A stretch of 32,402 bases of DNA from Octopus bimaculoides (GCF_001194135.2 NC_068987.1:96377200-96409601); one strand, 5' to 3'. Shown: positions 9,310 through 19,720, numbered from the stretch's first letter. The notes: generated by a model not told the origin, from the sequence alone. A program made the numbers and translations.

Positions 9310-9530
9310 AACCTAAGCACAAGGCAACAAATTTTAGAGTAAGGAAACAGTTGATTATATCAGCCTCACTACTTGATTGATGCCTTATTCTATTGACCCC
9401 CACCATCCCCACCCTTCCAATAAGATGAAAGACAAACTGAACACCATAGAAACATGAATTCAGAATATAGACTAAATTATATTAAACATTATCTTAAATT
9501 ATATTAAGCATTATCAGTTGCTCTAATAAT
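9310..9530 (-). mobile_element. Degenerate family B SINE
   Basis: GCACAAGGCAACAATTTT...GATGAAAGACAAACTGAAC...GAATTCAGAA, colinear with the 8788 copy. Confidence 0.65.
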
Positions 9531-9754
9531 AATATAGTAGTACCTCAGTTTTCGAACAAGTCTGATCACGAATAAATCATGCTTTATCTCCTGTCTTTCT
9601 CATATTCATTTAATACAGTAGTAATTCAGTTTACGAATGCCTCTGATCACAAATAAATTGTGCTTCATATATATCTATATCAATATATATATATATAAAG
9701 CATGATTTATTCATGAGTTGTTCGAAAACCAAGGTACTACTGTACTTTCTACTA

Positions 9755-9960
9755 TAGGTGCAAGGCTTGAAATTTTGGTGGGAAGGGGTTAGACAATTAC
9801 AGTGACCCCAATGTTCAAATGGTACAAAATTTATCAACACCAAAAGGATGAAAAGCAATGTCAACCTCGGTGGAATTTGAACTCAGCACATAAAGACAAA
9901 TGATATGCTGCTAAGCATTGTATCCAGCATTTTAATGATTTTGTCAGCTTGCTGCTTATA
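9755..9960 (-). mobile_element. Family B SINE
   Basis: CTACTATAGGTGCAAGGCTTGAAATTTTGG...GGATGAAAAGCAATGTCAACCTCGGTGGAATTTGAACTCAG. Confidence 0.8.
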
Positions 9961-9984
9961 ATTATTCTGCTAATAATAATAATG

Positions 9985-11020
9985 ATTTCTTTTATTAGCC
10001 ACAGTGGCATAGGTGAGGAGAGGATCATATGGACAGCCTACAATCTGCATTAGGGTTTACATAAAAGATGAAGGGAAAGAAATGGAAAAGATAGTGAAAT
10101 GTGAACGTAGTATACAAAGTATGTGATAACAAGAATAAGGCAGTTCTCATGAAACAAGAGAAACTCCAACTAGGGCCAATCAAGGAACTCCACAAATCCA
10201 ATATTACTCTGACCACCAAAGGCATGAGCCCTTGCCCAACTGCTGTTCTCCAATCTACAGGCACATGCTTAGAGTAGGTCCATCCACCCTAACAATTTTT
10301 GCCATGGTCAACCATTTTTTCACAAATCCAATGGGAGGTAGCACTTCCCTCTCTACCCTCATTTTCCTTTCCAAGTTGAAAATTTAAAAAGTTAACAAGG
10401 GCTTGACCAAAGAGGTAAGTGTCTTTCCTCAATCTTTTCAGCTTTGCTACAACACAACCACCTTCACCATAGTCACAAAACACTATCTGTTCTGTCTTGT
10501 TAAAGATAGGTGGTGGGGCAATCTTTATGATGAATTTGGCCAATAGCAACTGTTTAAAATAACTCTACAAGTCAGCAATGTTTGGATACTGTACAAGTGT
10601 GTGCAATATAGTCTCATTGCTCTCAGACAGTCCTGCCTGGTGGTGCTTCTATGCCTGTAAGGTTTATCTTGAACTGACGGTGCTCTTCAGTAGCACTGTC
10701 AGGTCAGGGATTTCTTGAAGTTATCCACGGTAGGTCAGCTAGTTCATCCTTGTTGACACCTAGAGTTTCCTGAAGAGCATCATCTCTCTTACCCACCACT
10801 AGATTTCTATATACTGCAAATGTAGAGGGTGGTGAGCACCTGATGATATTCCAAGTAGGAACCAGGTCTTTTCTTGACCCAGGACTGCAGCTCTAGCAAA
10901 GAGATGAGCTGCAGAAAGACATTTCTTACAAGTGGAGACCACACCAGCTCGTTGTCCAGGAACAACTGCGAGTGGTTTAACTGCTGCATTGTGTTTGCAT
11001 ACCAGCAGCCAAAGCATGCC
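9985..11020 (-). mobile_element. Decayed 3' end of an L1/Tx1-type non-LTR retrotransposon (C-terminal zinc-knuckle region and 3' UTR)
   Basis: Minus-strand pieces QCY*RAPSVQDKPYRH, DCLR/NETILHTLVQYP (decayed CCHC knuckle), IKIAPPP and VKKWLTMAKIVRVDGPTLSMCL* (stop 10257-10255); AATAAA at 9995-9990. The clade call comes from recalled similarity to L1/Tx1 ORF2 C-termini, not from a search. Confidence 0.65.
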
Positions 11021-11053
11021 AAGTCCTCCTTTTTAATTCTATCAACTATAGTA

Positions 11054-11482
11054 ACAAGGCCTGAAATTTTCTGAGATGGAATTAGTCCTGTGCATCCACC
11101 CCAGTGCTCTGCTGGTACTCATTTTATTGACCTCAAAAGAATGAAAAGCAAAGCTGACCTCAGTGACATATGAACTCAGAATGTAAAACTGGAAGAAACA
11201 CTGCTAAACATTTTGTCCAGCATGGTAACAATTCTGCCAGCTCACCACCTCAATAACTATAATAATAATCCTTTCTACTATAGGCACAAGGCCTGAAATT
11301 TTGGGGAAGGGGACCAGTCAATTAGATCGACCTCAGTATGCAATTGGTACTTAATTTATTGACCCCCAAAAGGATGACAGGCAAAGTTGACCTTGGTGGA
11401 ATTTGAACTCAGAACAAAGATAGATGAAATACCACTAAGCATTTCGTCCGGCATGCTAATGATTCTGCCAGCTCACCACCTT
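11054..11482 (-). mobile_element. Two head-to-tail family B SINEs (11054-11250 and 11270-11482)
   Basis: Both carry the full family B pattern; the second is flanked by an 18-bp direct repeat AATAACTATAATAATAAT (11252-11269 and 11483-11500). Confidence 0.9.
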
Positions 11483-12629
11483 AATAACTATAATAATAAT
11501 ACTGAAATTTATCTGCGTGTATACCTTGCACACAGATAAATATTTTCGCAAATTATAGTGTGGCTTCCAATGCGTTGCTTACCCATGCTTTTTAAATGAA
11601 CTGAATTAAGCTTTGCAAGTGTTTGACTAAACTTGCTTCTCAGGGAATCTGTAAGTTCGATTTTTAAAAAATTGGTTTTTTTTTCAAGTATCACCATTAT
11701 AGGTATTTATACTCTGGTGAAATTAAAAAATCAACTCATAAATAAATGAAGCTCTTGAATCCACCACTGTACATACACACACGTGTGCACACACAACGCA
11801 CGCACGCAGAGTCACATATCTATGTATGTATTTATACTAATTTATAATTATATATTATATTGAAGGATGTGAATAAACCAACACACTAGAAACAGACGCC
11901 ATGTATGTTTGAAGGTAATCAAACGAAATTTTCATCATTTTGAGCCACCCACCCAATGAGTGAAAATCCATTTAGCTGTTTTCCAGGAATTTTGCAAACA
12001 CACAGAAAAACAAAGACAAGTGGTTACGATACCTTGCTTTCGCTTACGCATGCAGGGTAATAATAATAATAGCTGCTACAATTATGTCTGTTAAAGAAAA
12101 AAAAAAACTCCTTTCTAATGAAAGAAAATGCTTTAAGTAGACATACGGAGGATATAAATAAATAATAATTATTAATGTGAAAAAAAAACACATTCCATGA
12201 ATTTCCTTCAGACCGTAATTATTTCCACCTTTAATGAAATGTCTCACTTCATAAAATATTCAATTAATAAATTATAGATTATATCATGCTGATAATTTCT
12301 AAAAAGAATAAAATAATGCTATACATGATTACCAACAAACATTTTAAAAACTTCTTAAATAAATGACAAAAAAAAAAAAAAATTGTGTAAATTCTATGCA
12401 TCTTTTTCTGTAAAACTTTTAAATTTCAGTTTCTGCTCTCATATAATTGTAGCAGCTGAGGAAATAGTGCCACACTAAGGATGAAAGAAGGACAGCTAAA
12501 AAAAGCTTTAAAAGATGAGTTGTGGGAAAGGCTTTTTAAGTATACATTGGATGTAGGGGCATAGACATTGACAATATGTTTTCAGGATCTCATTTTTGCT
12601 GAGATGGTCAGGTTTTCTCAAACAAGGTC

Positions 12630-13832
12630 AACTGCCAATCATCTCAGTTCTTTGTCATTTTCTCAATGAGGTTCAACATCTTGATATCGGCCTTCACTAC
12701 TTCATCCATGTTCTTTAGGTTTGCCTTTTCTATAAGTTCCATCCACATTTAGTAATTGGTACTTCTTTATACAGCTGTCCTCATCCATATGCATCATTTG
12801 ACCATACCAGCAGTCTTTGCTCTTACACACATCTACATCTGATACCTCTTATGCACAATTTTTTCTCAACACATTTGCACTTCGTTATACATGCACACTG
12901 ACATTGCACATCTAGCAGAATCTTCTAGTTTCATATTTTCTAGTTTTCACATGTCCTCTGCATTCACAGCCCACATTTCACCATCATGTAACATTGCTGT
13001 TCATGCACTCACTTTAAACAATCTAACTTTCACTGAGACAAGCCCCATGTTACCAATAGAGGTAATAGCTCTCCAAACTTTTACAGCTGGTTCATGTTTA
13101 AGCAATTATAATTTCAGAATATTCGTCTTCCACAGCTAATTAGATCAACTAGGTAACAGAAATTATCAACTATCTCTAAGGATCCTCCTGAACATTCATA
13201 AAAGATTTATATCCCATGTGTGTGCAGAGTTCACTTTCTGTGTTAATCTTCTTGCGGTTTCTCTGCAAATTTTATGTGTCCATAGCTTGCACTGAGTACA
13301 CAACACGGAATTACTACTTAGATCTTTCCTACACACTTTGGTCTTTGTTAAGTTAACTCTAAGACCCTCTGATTCTATGCCTTGCTTCCACTATTATAGA
13401 TTCAAATATAAGAACAAGGTCATCAGAATAAAGGAGCTCTCATGGGCAACCAGTCTTAAATTTCTGTTATGGCCTGGAGGACTATCAGAGAGGGCTGAGA
13501 ACCGAGCCCTAGTAATCTCCTACCTGCACACTAAATTCATTGCTATACTTATAGGTGATTCTCACCGTACTGACAGCATCTCTGTACATGGCTCTTGGAT
13601 GGCTCTCACCAGACATTCATCTCTCCCTGGCTTCCACAACAACCACCAGATGAGAAGTGAGGGACCCTGACAAAGACTTACTGCATGTCAACAAATGCCA
13701 AGTACAGGATTTATTTTTGGTTAAATTCTTCTCCTGCAGTTGCCTTAGTGGGAAAATAGCACAAGTAATGTTTATGACCTGCTCCAGCAATTTCATACCT
13801 CTATAGTTAATTCTGAGGCATCACCTTTACCT
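12630..13832 (-). mobile_element. Decayed 5'-truncated RTE-clade LINE (RT domain to 3' end)
   Basis: Minus-strand pieces LRQLQEK, LYLAFVDMQ*VFVRVP, LIWW and GCP*ELLYSDDLVLI (YADD-type motif), followed by a decayed C-terminal region; many stops and frameshifts. Confidence 0.85.
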
Positions 13833-13859
13833 ATTCATATATATATATATATATACATA

Positions 13860-14704
13860 CAAGGTGCAGTGAATATATTGTCGTCTAAATTATGCAAAAA
13901 TGAAAATAACACTGACATCTCATTTTAACAGATATATTTACCAAAATTACATAAAAATATTTTAAAATACTAAAGAGTAAATTTATTCAATAAAATTGCC
14001 ATTGGCTTCAACCACAGCCTCCAGACGACTTTGGAATCTCCTGCAACTCTTCTGGATGGTCTCCTTCTTTAAGTTGGTGAATGCTACCATAATCCTTGCC
14101 TTCAGTTCATTTTTGGTGTTACAAGGAGATTTGTTGGTCTCTCACTCAACTGCACCCCACACATAATAATCAAGGAGGTTGCAGTCTGGGGAGTTAGGTG
14201 ACCAGATGCTAAGGGTGGCGTTGTCGCAGAAATTGTCTGACAGCCATGACTGGGTTCTCTTGCTTGTATGGCATGGTGCAGAGTCCTGTTGCCAGACATA
14301 GGGTCTTCCAGCAGCCACCCTCTTGACCCAGGGCATCACAGGCACTTGATGTAGGCTTCCGTGTTAAGTCTGAGACTGTGTGGGAATATGAATGGAGGCA
14401 TAATGTCACCATCAATAGTGATCACTCCAAACACCATGATGTTGACTGGATGTTTGATTTTTTATCACTCTCGGTACATGTTTTGGGGACATGGCAAGCC
14501 AACAGGTGTGTGTTCACTATTTATTTGTATTTGGAACTTTCAGCATGAATGCCAAACAATACAGCATGTTGTTTCCAAATTTCTGGCAGATTGAATTGCA
14601 TCATGGTGCTATTTTTCTCACAGACAGTACTCAACTGACCCTACTATGCTGTATTCGACAAAATAAAAAATATAAAATGGCAACAATTTACCCATTACAT
14701 CCTG
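13860..14704 (-). mobile_element. Internally deleted Tc1/mariner element of the DD37D (maT) family
   Basis: Transposase C-terminus KHPVNIMVFGVIT...VMPWVKRVAAGRPYVWQQDSAPCH...WSPNSPDCNLLDYYVWGAVE*ETNK...EANGNFIE* (end 13983); 37 residues separate the QQD and LLD aspartates. Imperfect TIRs CAAGGTGCAGTGAATATATTGTCGTC / CAGGATGTAATGGGTAAATTGTTGCC; TA at both ends (13858-13859, 14705-14706). Confidence 0.9.
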
Positions 14705-14712
14705 TATATATA

Positions 14713-14748
<36 letters not shown>

Positions 14749-15045
14749 TACTTGTATATACACATGTATACATAGATGTCCACACACATATGTGTATATA
14801 TATATACATATATATATATACACACACATACATACATGTATATGCATTCATATCATATGGAATAATAGCAATTTATTCTTAGTGACTCTAGTTGCCAACT
14901 GTGAGCTATACAGAAACTTTCAGTTTATCGAATTTCCTTGTATATATGCACACATAAGTTCATATCTATATGTAAGTATATGCGCATATATATATATATA
15001 TATATACACAAGTATGGACATATATACACATACCTATGCACGCAT
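14705..15045. repeat. Degenerate (TA)n/(CA)n microsatellite blocks
   Basis: Directly visible; source of several spurious ORFs. Confidence 0.9.
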
Positions 15046-15046
15046 A

Positions 15047-15325
15047 TCTATTTTTCAGTCATTTGACAGCAGGTGCTGGGACGCCCCCAGTTGCTCATGT
15101 TATTTTTAAGCCTGGTACTTATCAGTCTTTTTTGCTCGACTGCTAAGTTACTGAGACATACACAAACCAACACCAGTTGTCAAGTAATGGGAAATGACAA
15201 ACAGAAAGGCGCACGTGCACACATGGACACACGTGATGGGCTTCCTCACAGTTTCCATCTACTCACAAGGCAATGGCTGACCTCAAGGATTATTAAGTTG
15301 AAGGCACTTGCCCAAGGTGACATAC
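15047..15325 (-). mobile_element. Degenerate family C SINE
   Basis: TTTCAGTCATTTGAC...CCTGGTACTTAT...CTGCTAAGTTAC...GGCACTTGCCCAAGGTG is the reverse complement of the 16168 copy. Confidence 0.75.
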
Positions 15326-16167
15326 ATTCTGTCTTCGTGTGTGCTCTTGCTCTGCTTATTCCATTCTCAGAGAATGGAATATGCAGAGCATGTGTTTGTT
15401 TGGCAACAAAAAAAAATATGACCATACCAAAATACAATATATATATATAATTTCCATTTCCCCCTCAAGACACCCACCATCTCTCAAACTGAAGTTCTTC
15501 CTTAATACCACTAATATTTCCCACTTCCTAGAACCATTTCAATTGATATCCACCCCTCATCATTTATACTGTCCTCTCCATCAACATTTTGCACTGATTA
15601 GCTCATCTAATCCTCCAGATTATCTCTTCTCCACCACTGTATGTCTCTCACTGTACCCTTGCACTACATTTTCCTCTCCAGCCCACTACATTCTTGCAAC
15701 ACATCCAACCACATCTCTATCTCTCTCTCATATCCTTTCTATGTTTACTTATCATCATGACTATTCTATAGCTCTTCACTCCTATGCAATATTTGTCACT
15801 TCCTACCTTTATCCACAATTCATATCTACCCCTCAACCCTATCCAATCTTTATAATTGTTACCTACTCTTCCCTACCTCCCCTAAATTTGCTCTTCATAA
15901 ATTATATTCACTCTTTACCCATTCCCCATCTCTCAATCTCCCATCAAACTTGCAACCTCAGCCCACAGTTCTAGTTCTATCCAACTCACATCTGCTTACT
16001 TCATACCTTGAAGGTCCACCCAGATAATTCACCCCAACTATTTTTTATCTCCGCCCAGCTTCATGCAGATCACCATCACCTGCTCTTCAAAAATATGAGT
16101 AGCCACATAGTTACTCTACAACTGGAAAGCTTTCTGCTGTTTTTTTTTTTTTACTTTCTCTCTTATA

Positions 16168-16595
16168 GGCGCAGGAGTGGCTTTGTGGTAAGTAGCTTGC
16201 TTACCAACCACATTGTTCCGGGTTCAGTCCTACTGCGTGGCACCTTGGGCAAGTGTCTTCTATAGCCTCGGGCCGACCAAAGCCTTGTGAGTGAATTTGG
16301 TAGACGGAAACTGAAAGAATTCCGTCGTATGCAGCTCTGAGCTGAAACTTTGAAATGAAAAAAAAAAAAAAAAAAAAAAAAAATATGTGTGCTAGTGTGT
16401 CTATGTTTGTCCCCCCACCATCGCTTGACATCCGATGCTAGTGCGTTTAGGTCCCCGTAACTTACCGGTTCGGCAAAAAGAGACCAATAGAATAAGTACT
16501 AGGCTTACAGAGAATAAGTCCTGGGGTCGATTTTCTCGACTAAAGGCGGTGCTCCAGCATGGCCGCAGTCAAATGACTGAAACAAATAAAAAGAG
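16168..16595 (+). mobile_element. Near full-length, little-decayed tRNA-derived SINE, family C (octopus OK/OR1/OR2 families are candidates; not assigned)
   Basis: Head GGCGCAGGAGTGGCTTTGTGGTAAG (A box), GGTTCAGTCC (B box), central microsatellite zone, 3' end GCGGTGCTCCAGCATGGCCGCAGTCAAATGACTGAAAC; CpGs retained. Confidence 0.9.
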
Positions 16596-16679
16596 TATAC
16601 CTTAACCCCCATATCAAGCATACAAGTGCCTCACTTGGAGTTCATAGTCATGCAGGCTGCATGGCCACTCCTCTAAAGT

Positions 16680-16852
16680 TATGGTGGCATGAAAAATCAC
16701 CCAGTATACACTTTAAGAGGTTGGCATTAAAAAGGGCATCATGCTGTAAAAGCCATGCCATAAGAGAGGGGAACACAATACTGTTGCTGGAACCATTGGA
16801 TCCTGGACAGTTCAACGCATACCAGCATGGAACAGGAACAATAAACGATGAT
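16680..16852 (+). mobile_element. Degenerate family A retroposon
   Basis: GGTGGCATGAAAAATCACCC...GTTGGCATTAAAAAGGGCATC...CCAGCATGGAAC...TAAACGATGAT. Confidence 0.7.
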
Positions 16853-17423
16853 ATATGTATACATATGCACAAATGTACATACGTAATATATATGCATATA
16901 TGTATGCATACACACATTCATAACGACACACATATACATGCATATATACATATACTTAAACATGCATGTATACATACAAATATGCATGCATATGCACATA
17001 CGTATGCATATATGTATACATATTTACGCATAATTGTAAATATAATGTGCATGTGTTCGTGCATAAATATGAATACATGCACACATATATAAATACATAC
17101 ACATTTATATGTATATACATATGCATATATATATATACATGCATATATGTGCACACTCAGGTGCACATACGTACATAAATACATGTGCATATATATATAC
17201 ACATATGCACACATCTGTATAGATATATGTGCATAAATACATATCTATGTGCATATATATATATAAATGTGCATATAGGTTTGTTTGTATGTATATATAC
17301 CACACATAATTATATATACATTAATATAAACACATACTATTGCGATTTGTTTGATTCGTTTTTGTTATTTTTGTTTTTATAAGTACGTGTGCAAACAAGC
17401 GATCCAAATTATATATATATATT

Positions 17424-17454
<31 letters not shown>

Positions 17455-17560
17455 TGTACTTGTAAATCTTTGGTCTTGTACAGAATATTTTCTCAAGACA
17501 AAATACATATTACATTCATGTATATATTCTATTTTTATATATACACACATATGCAATAAT
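16853..17560. repeat. Long degenerate (TA/CA/TG)n microsatellite region
   Basis: Directly visible; explains the cluster of M/Y/I/H/C-rich ORFs in the track. Confidence 0.9.
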
Positions 17561-17831
17561 ATATGAAATAAATGTGAGCTCAGTTTTTATATACTAAAAA
17601 TATCCCTGTATTCGTCTGGTTTTATATGCTAACCTCGTTAACATAAAATGGTATATATACATACATATATATCAAAATATATTTTTGCGTGTCTTTTGAG
17701 CCTATTTACACATATAATCACCATTTGTATATGATCATAATGAAATACAAAAGTGTTCCATTAAATCAATAAAAATATGAGATAAATTATTATTTATAGT
17801 AACAGGCAATTAACAAAAGATGCAAACTAGC

Positions 17832-17868
17832 CTTTTTTCTTGTTCGAAGCTCCGTTTGCTGTCGCCAT
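17832..17868 (-). CDS. Probable first coding exon of the ankyrin-repeat gene (37 nt): MATANGASNKKK + G, ending at a GC donor
   Basis: Minus strand GGCAAG ATG GCG ACA GCA AAC GGA GCT TCG AAC AAG AAA AAA G|GCTAGT: strong Kozak (A at -3, G at +4). Phase 1 matches exon 2 (G+AT = Asp). Reading through gives GGC TAG, so splicing is required. No transcript evidence is available. Confidence 0.68.
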
Positions 17869-17872
17869 CTTG
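17863..17872 (-). promoter_or_regulatory. CAAGATGGCG: YY1-type motif coinciding with the start codon
   Basis: Matches the established YY1 core AAGATGGCG, often found over start codons close to transcription starts; local CpGs are retained. Confidence 0.45.
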
Positions 17873-18179
17873 CCGTCTGTAGACAAGTATTATTATGATG
17901 CTTGTGTGCAGCAGCAAGGAACTGCTTGGATGTGTGAGGACGCTGTATATTTTTTTGTTTGTCAAATAGATGTAGTTTTAAAAATAAATTTTTAAAAATT
18001 GATTTGTATTTAATATGTGATAATTACCTAATAATACCCGTAATAAATTTATTGGTTATTAATTTTTATCTAAAGTCAAAATCTTCATTATTATTATTAT
18101 TATTTGTTATATTATGTTTATTTATATTTCTACTTTATATTGTTCTTCATAGTGGGATGGATGCGTTTTCTTGTAAACG

Positions 18180-18243
18180 AATAGTGTAGTCGGTTAGACC
18201 GTTCAACTGGTAACCAACGTGTAGGTAGTTCGAGCCCTACCCC
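18180..18243 (+). other. Degenerate tRNA-like sequence (A box and B box)
   Basis: TAGTGTAGTCGGTTAG (A-box-like), CTGGTAA loop, GTAGG-TAGTTCGAGC-CCTAC T-arm-like hairpin; acceptor and anticodon stems pair poorly. Confidence 0.4.
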
Positions 18244-18599
18244 AAGAAATTGTAATGACTCTTTTAATAAGATGGTCTCTTAATAATATCTGAAACATGT
18301 AAATTACAATTATGAACTAACAAATAAGAATACAATATATACGCATTTATTCTTCGGGATGTGGTATATCTGGGTAAACAGCGCATATCAACACAAAGCT
18401 ATTAATTTTAATTATTAAATATAAAAAGTATATCATTTTCAATTCAATGGAAATATACAAATCTAATAAGTGAAATTTCCAGTAACTATTTTATTTGTTA
18501 GAAAGGCACAATTTCTCAACGTTTTCTAGATCAATACACATACTAGACGTAACGCAATTAAAAACCGACATGCTGAATTTAGTTCAATTCGTTTGTTCC

Positions 18600-18740
18600 T
18601 TCGCTTAGCGTCCGTTTTATTTTGTTGGCATGGGTTGGATGGGAATTTATTTGAAACCGCAGAGCAACTGGTTGTAATGTCAACAAGGAATGGAAACTTC
18701 GTATCATCTCGGCTAGAAAGTGACAAGCAACTCTGTGTAA
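18600..18740 (-). mobile_element. Family A-related fragment
   Basis: TGTTGGCATGGGTTGGATGG matches the reverse complement of the family A tail. Confidence 0.5.
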
Positions 18741-19584
18741 TGTCATCATTTACACACACGCGCGCGAACACAGACACACACACACACACACACACACATG
18801 AGAATATGAAATTCTTGGTAGGGTACAGAACAGTATATTAATGATGATGATGGTGATTCTTTCTAATTTTTGCACAAGGCCAGCAATTCGGCAGAATGTG
18901 AGGAAGCTGCAAAGGAATGCCACAAAGCATTTGGTCCAATATGTTCTGCCAGCTCACTGCCTTCCAATAATTATAATTCTTTCTGCTATGTGCAGAAATG
19001 AGCAATGAGTAGTGAGTTTCTATTTATATACAAGTTTAAAAGGTTTTCCCCAAGGAAAGAAATGAAACACTGCTTAACTTTCTACATCTTTGTGTCTGTA
19101 TCAATTCTCGATGAAGCAACTGTTAAAAGTAAACTGATGTACTTAGCAATCACTGACCTGCAGAAAATCTTCAACAGAAAACCTTCATTAGTGGCCATTA
19201 AGATCAGTAGTCTCATTGGCAGGTTACCAGAAAAGGTAGACTTTGTATGTGGCAAATATACAGGAGCAATAATAGGACATAGATTTTATCAAAATCACAG
19301 GTGGGTATTTGCATAAAAGTATACAATCTGCCTTTCATTCTGAGAGAGAAACTTTTTGTTACCAACAGAGGTAATAACTTTTTGAACTTTCCATCTTGTT
19401 CTTATTCTGATAACTGCCATCATCATCATCATTTTATGTCCACATTTGCATGGATCAGAATTTGTTGAGGTAAATTTTCTAGCCGAATGCCCTTCCTGTT
19501 GCCAACACTCACCTGTTTGTTAGAAAGTAATATAAATATTTATGTATGTGTGTGTGTGTGTAAATGCACACACACACACATAAT

Positions 19585-19720
19585 GGGCTATTTTCAGTTT
19601 CTGTCAACCAAATCTACTCACAAGGCTTTGGTTGGTCTAGGGCTATAGCAGAAGACACTTGCCTAAGGTGGCATGCAGTGGAACTAAACTCAAGCCCACA
19701 TGGTTGGGAAGCCTATACTT
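19585..19720 (-). mobile_element. 5' half of family C SINE
   Basis: GGGCTATTTTCAGTTTCTGTCAACCAAATCTACTCACAAGGCTTTGG...GAAGACACTTGCCTAAGGTGGCATGCAGTGG. Confidence 0.8.

Noticed and set aside
12540-12580. Minus-strand HIVNVYAPTS resembling a LINE APE endonuclease motif
   Set aside because: Isolated, lies just past the 3' end of the RTE remnant where an endonuclease is not expected, and flanking residues do not continue the domain.
14618-17566. Many ORFs rich in Y/I/M/C/H/V, and ORF 15339..15974 (211 aa)
   Set aside because: Translations of (TA/CA/TG)n microsatellites and a pyrimidine-rich low-complexity tract; no domain signal or splice context.
857-17868. Naming the ankyrin gene (e.g. ASB/SOCS-box family or a specific ANKRD)
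   Set aside because: The C-terminus is outside the window and ankyrin repeats alone are not diagnostic.
19005-19316. 103-aa plus-strand ORF as an exon of a second gene
   Set aside because: Its GRLPEKVDFVCGKYTGAI segment matches the decayed RTE LINE region seen at ~13200, so it is a short LINE remnant.
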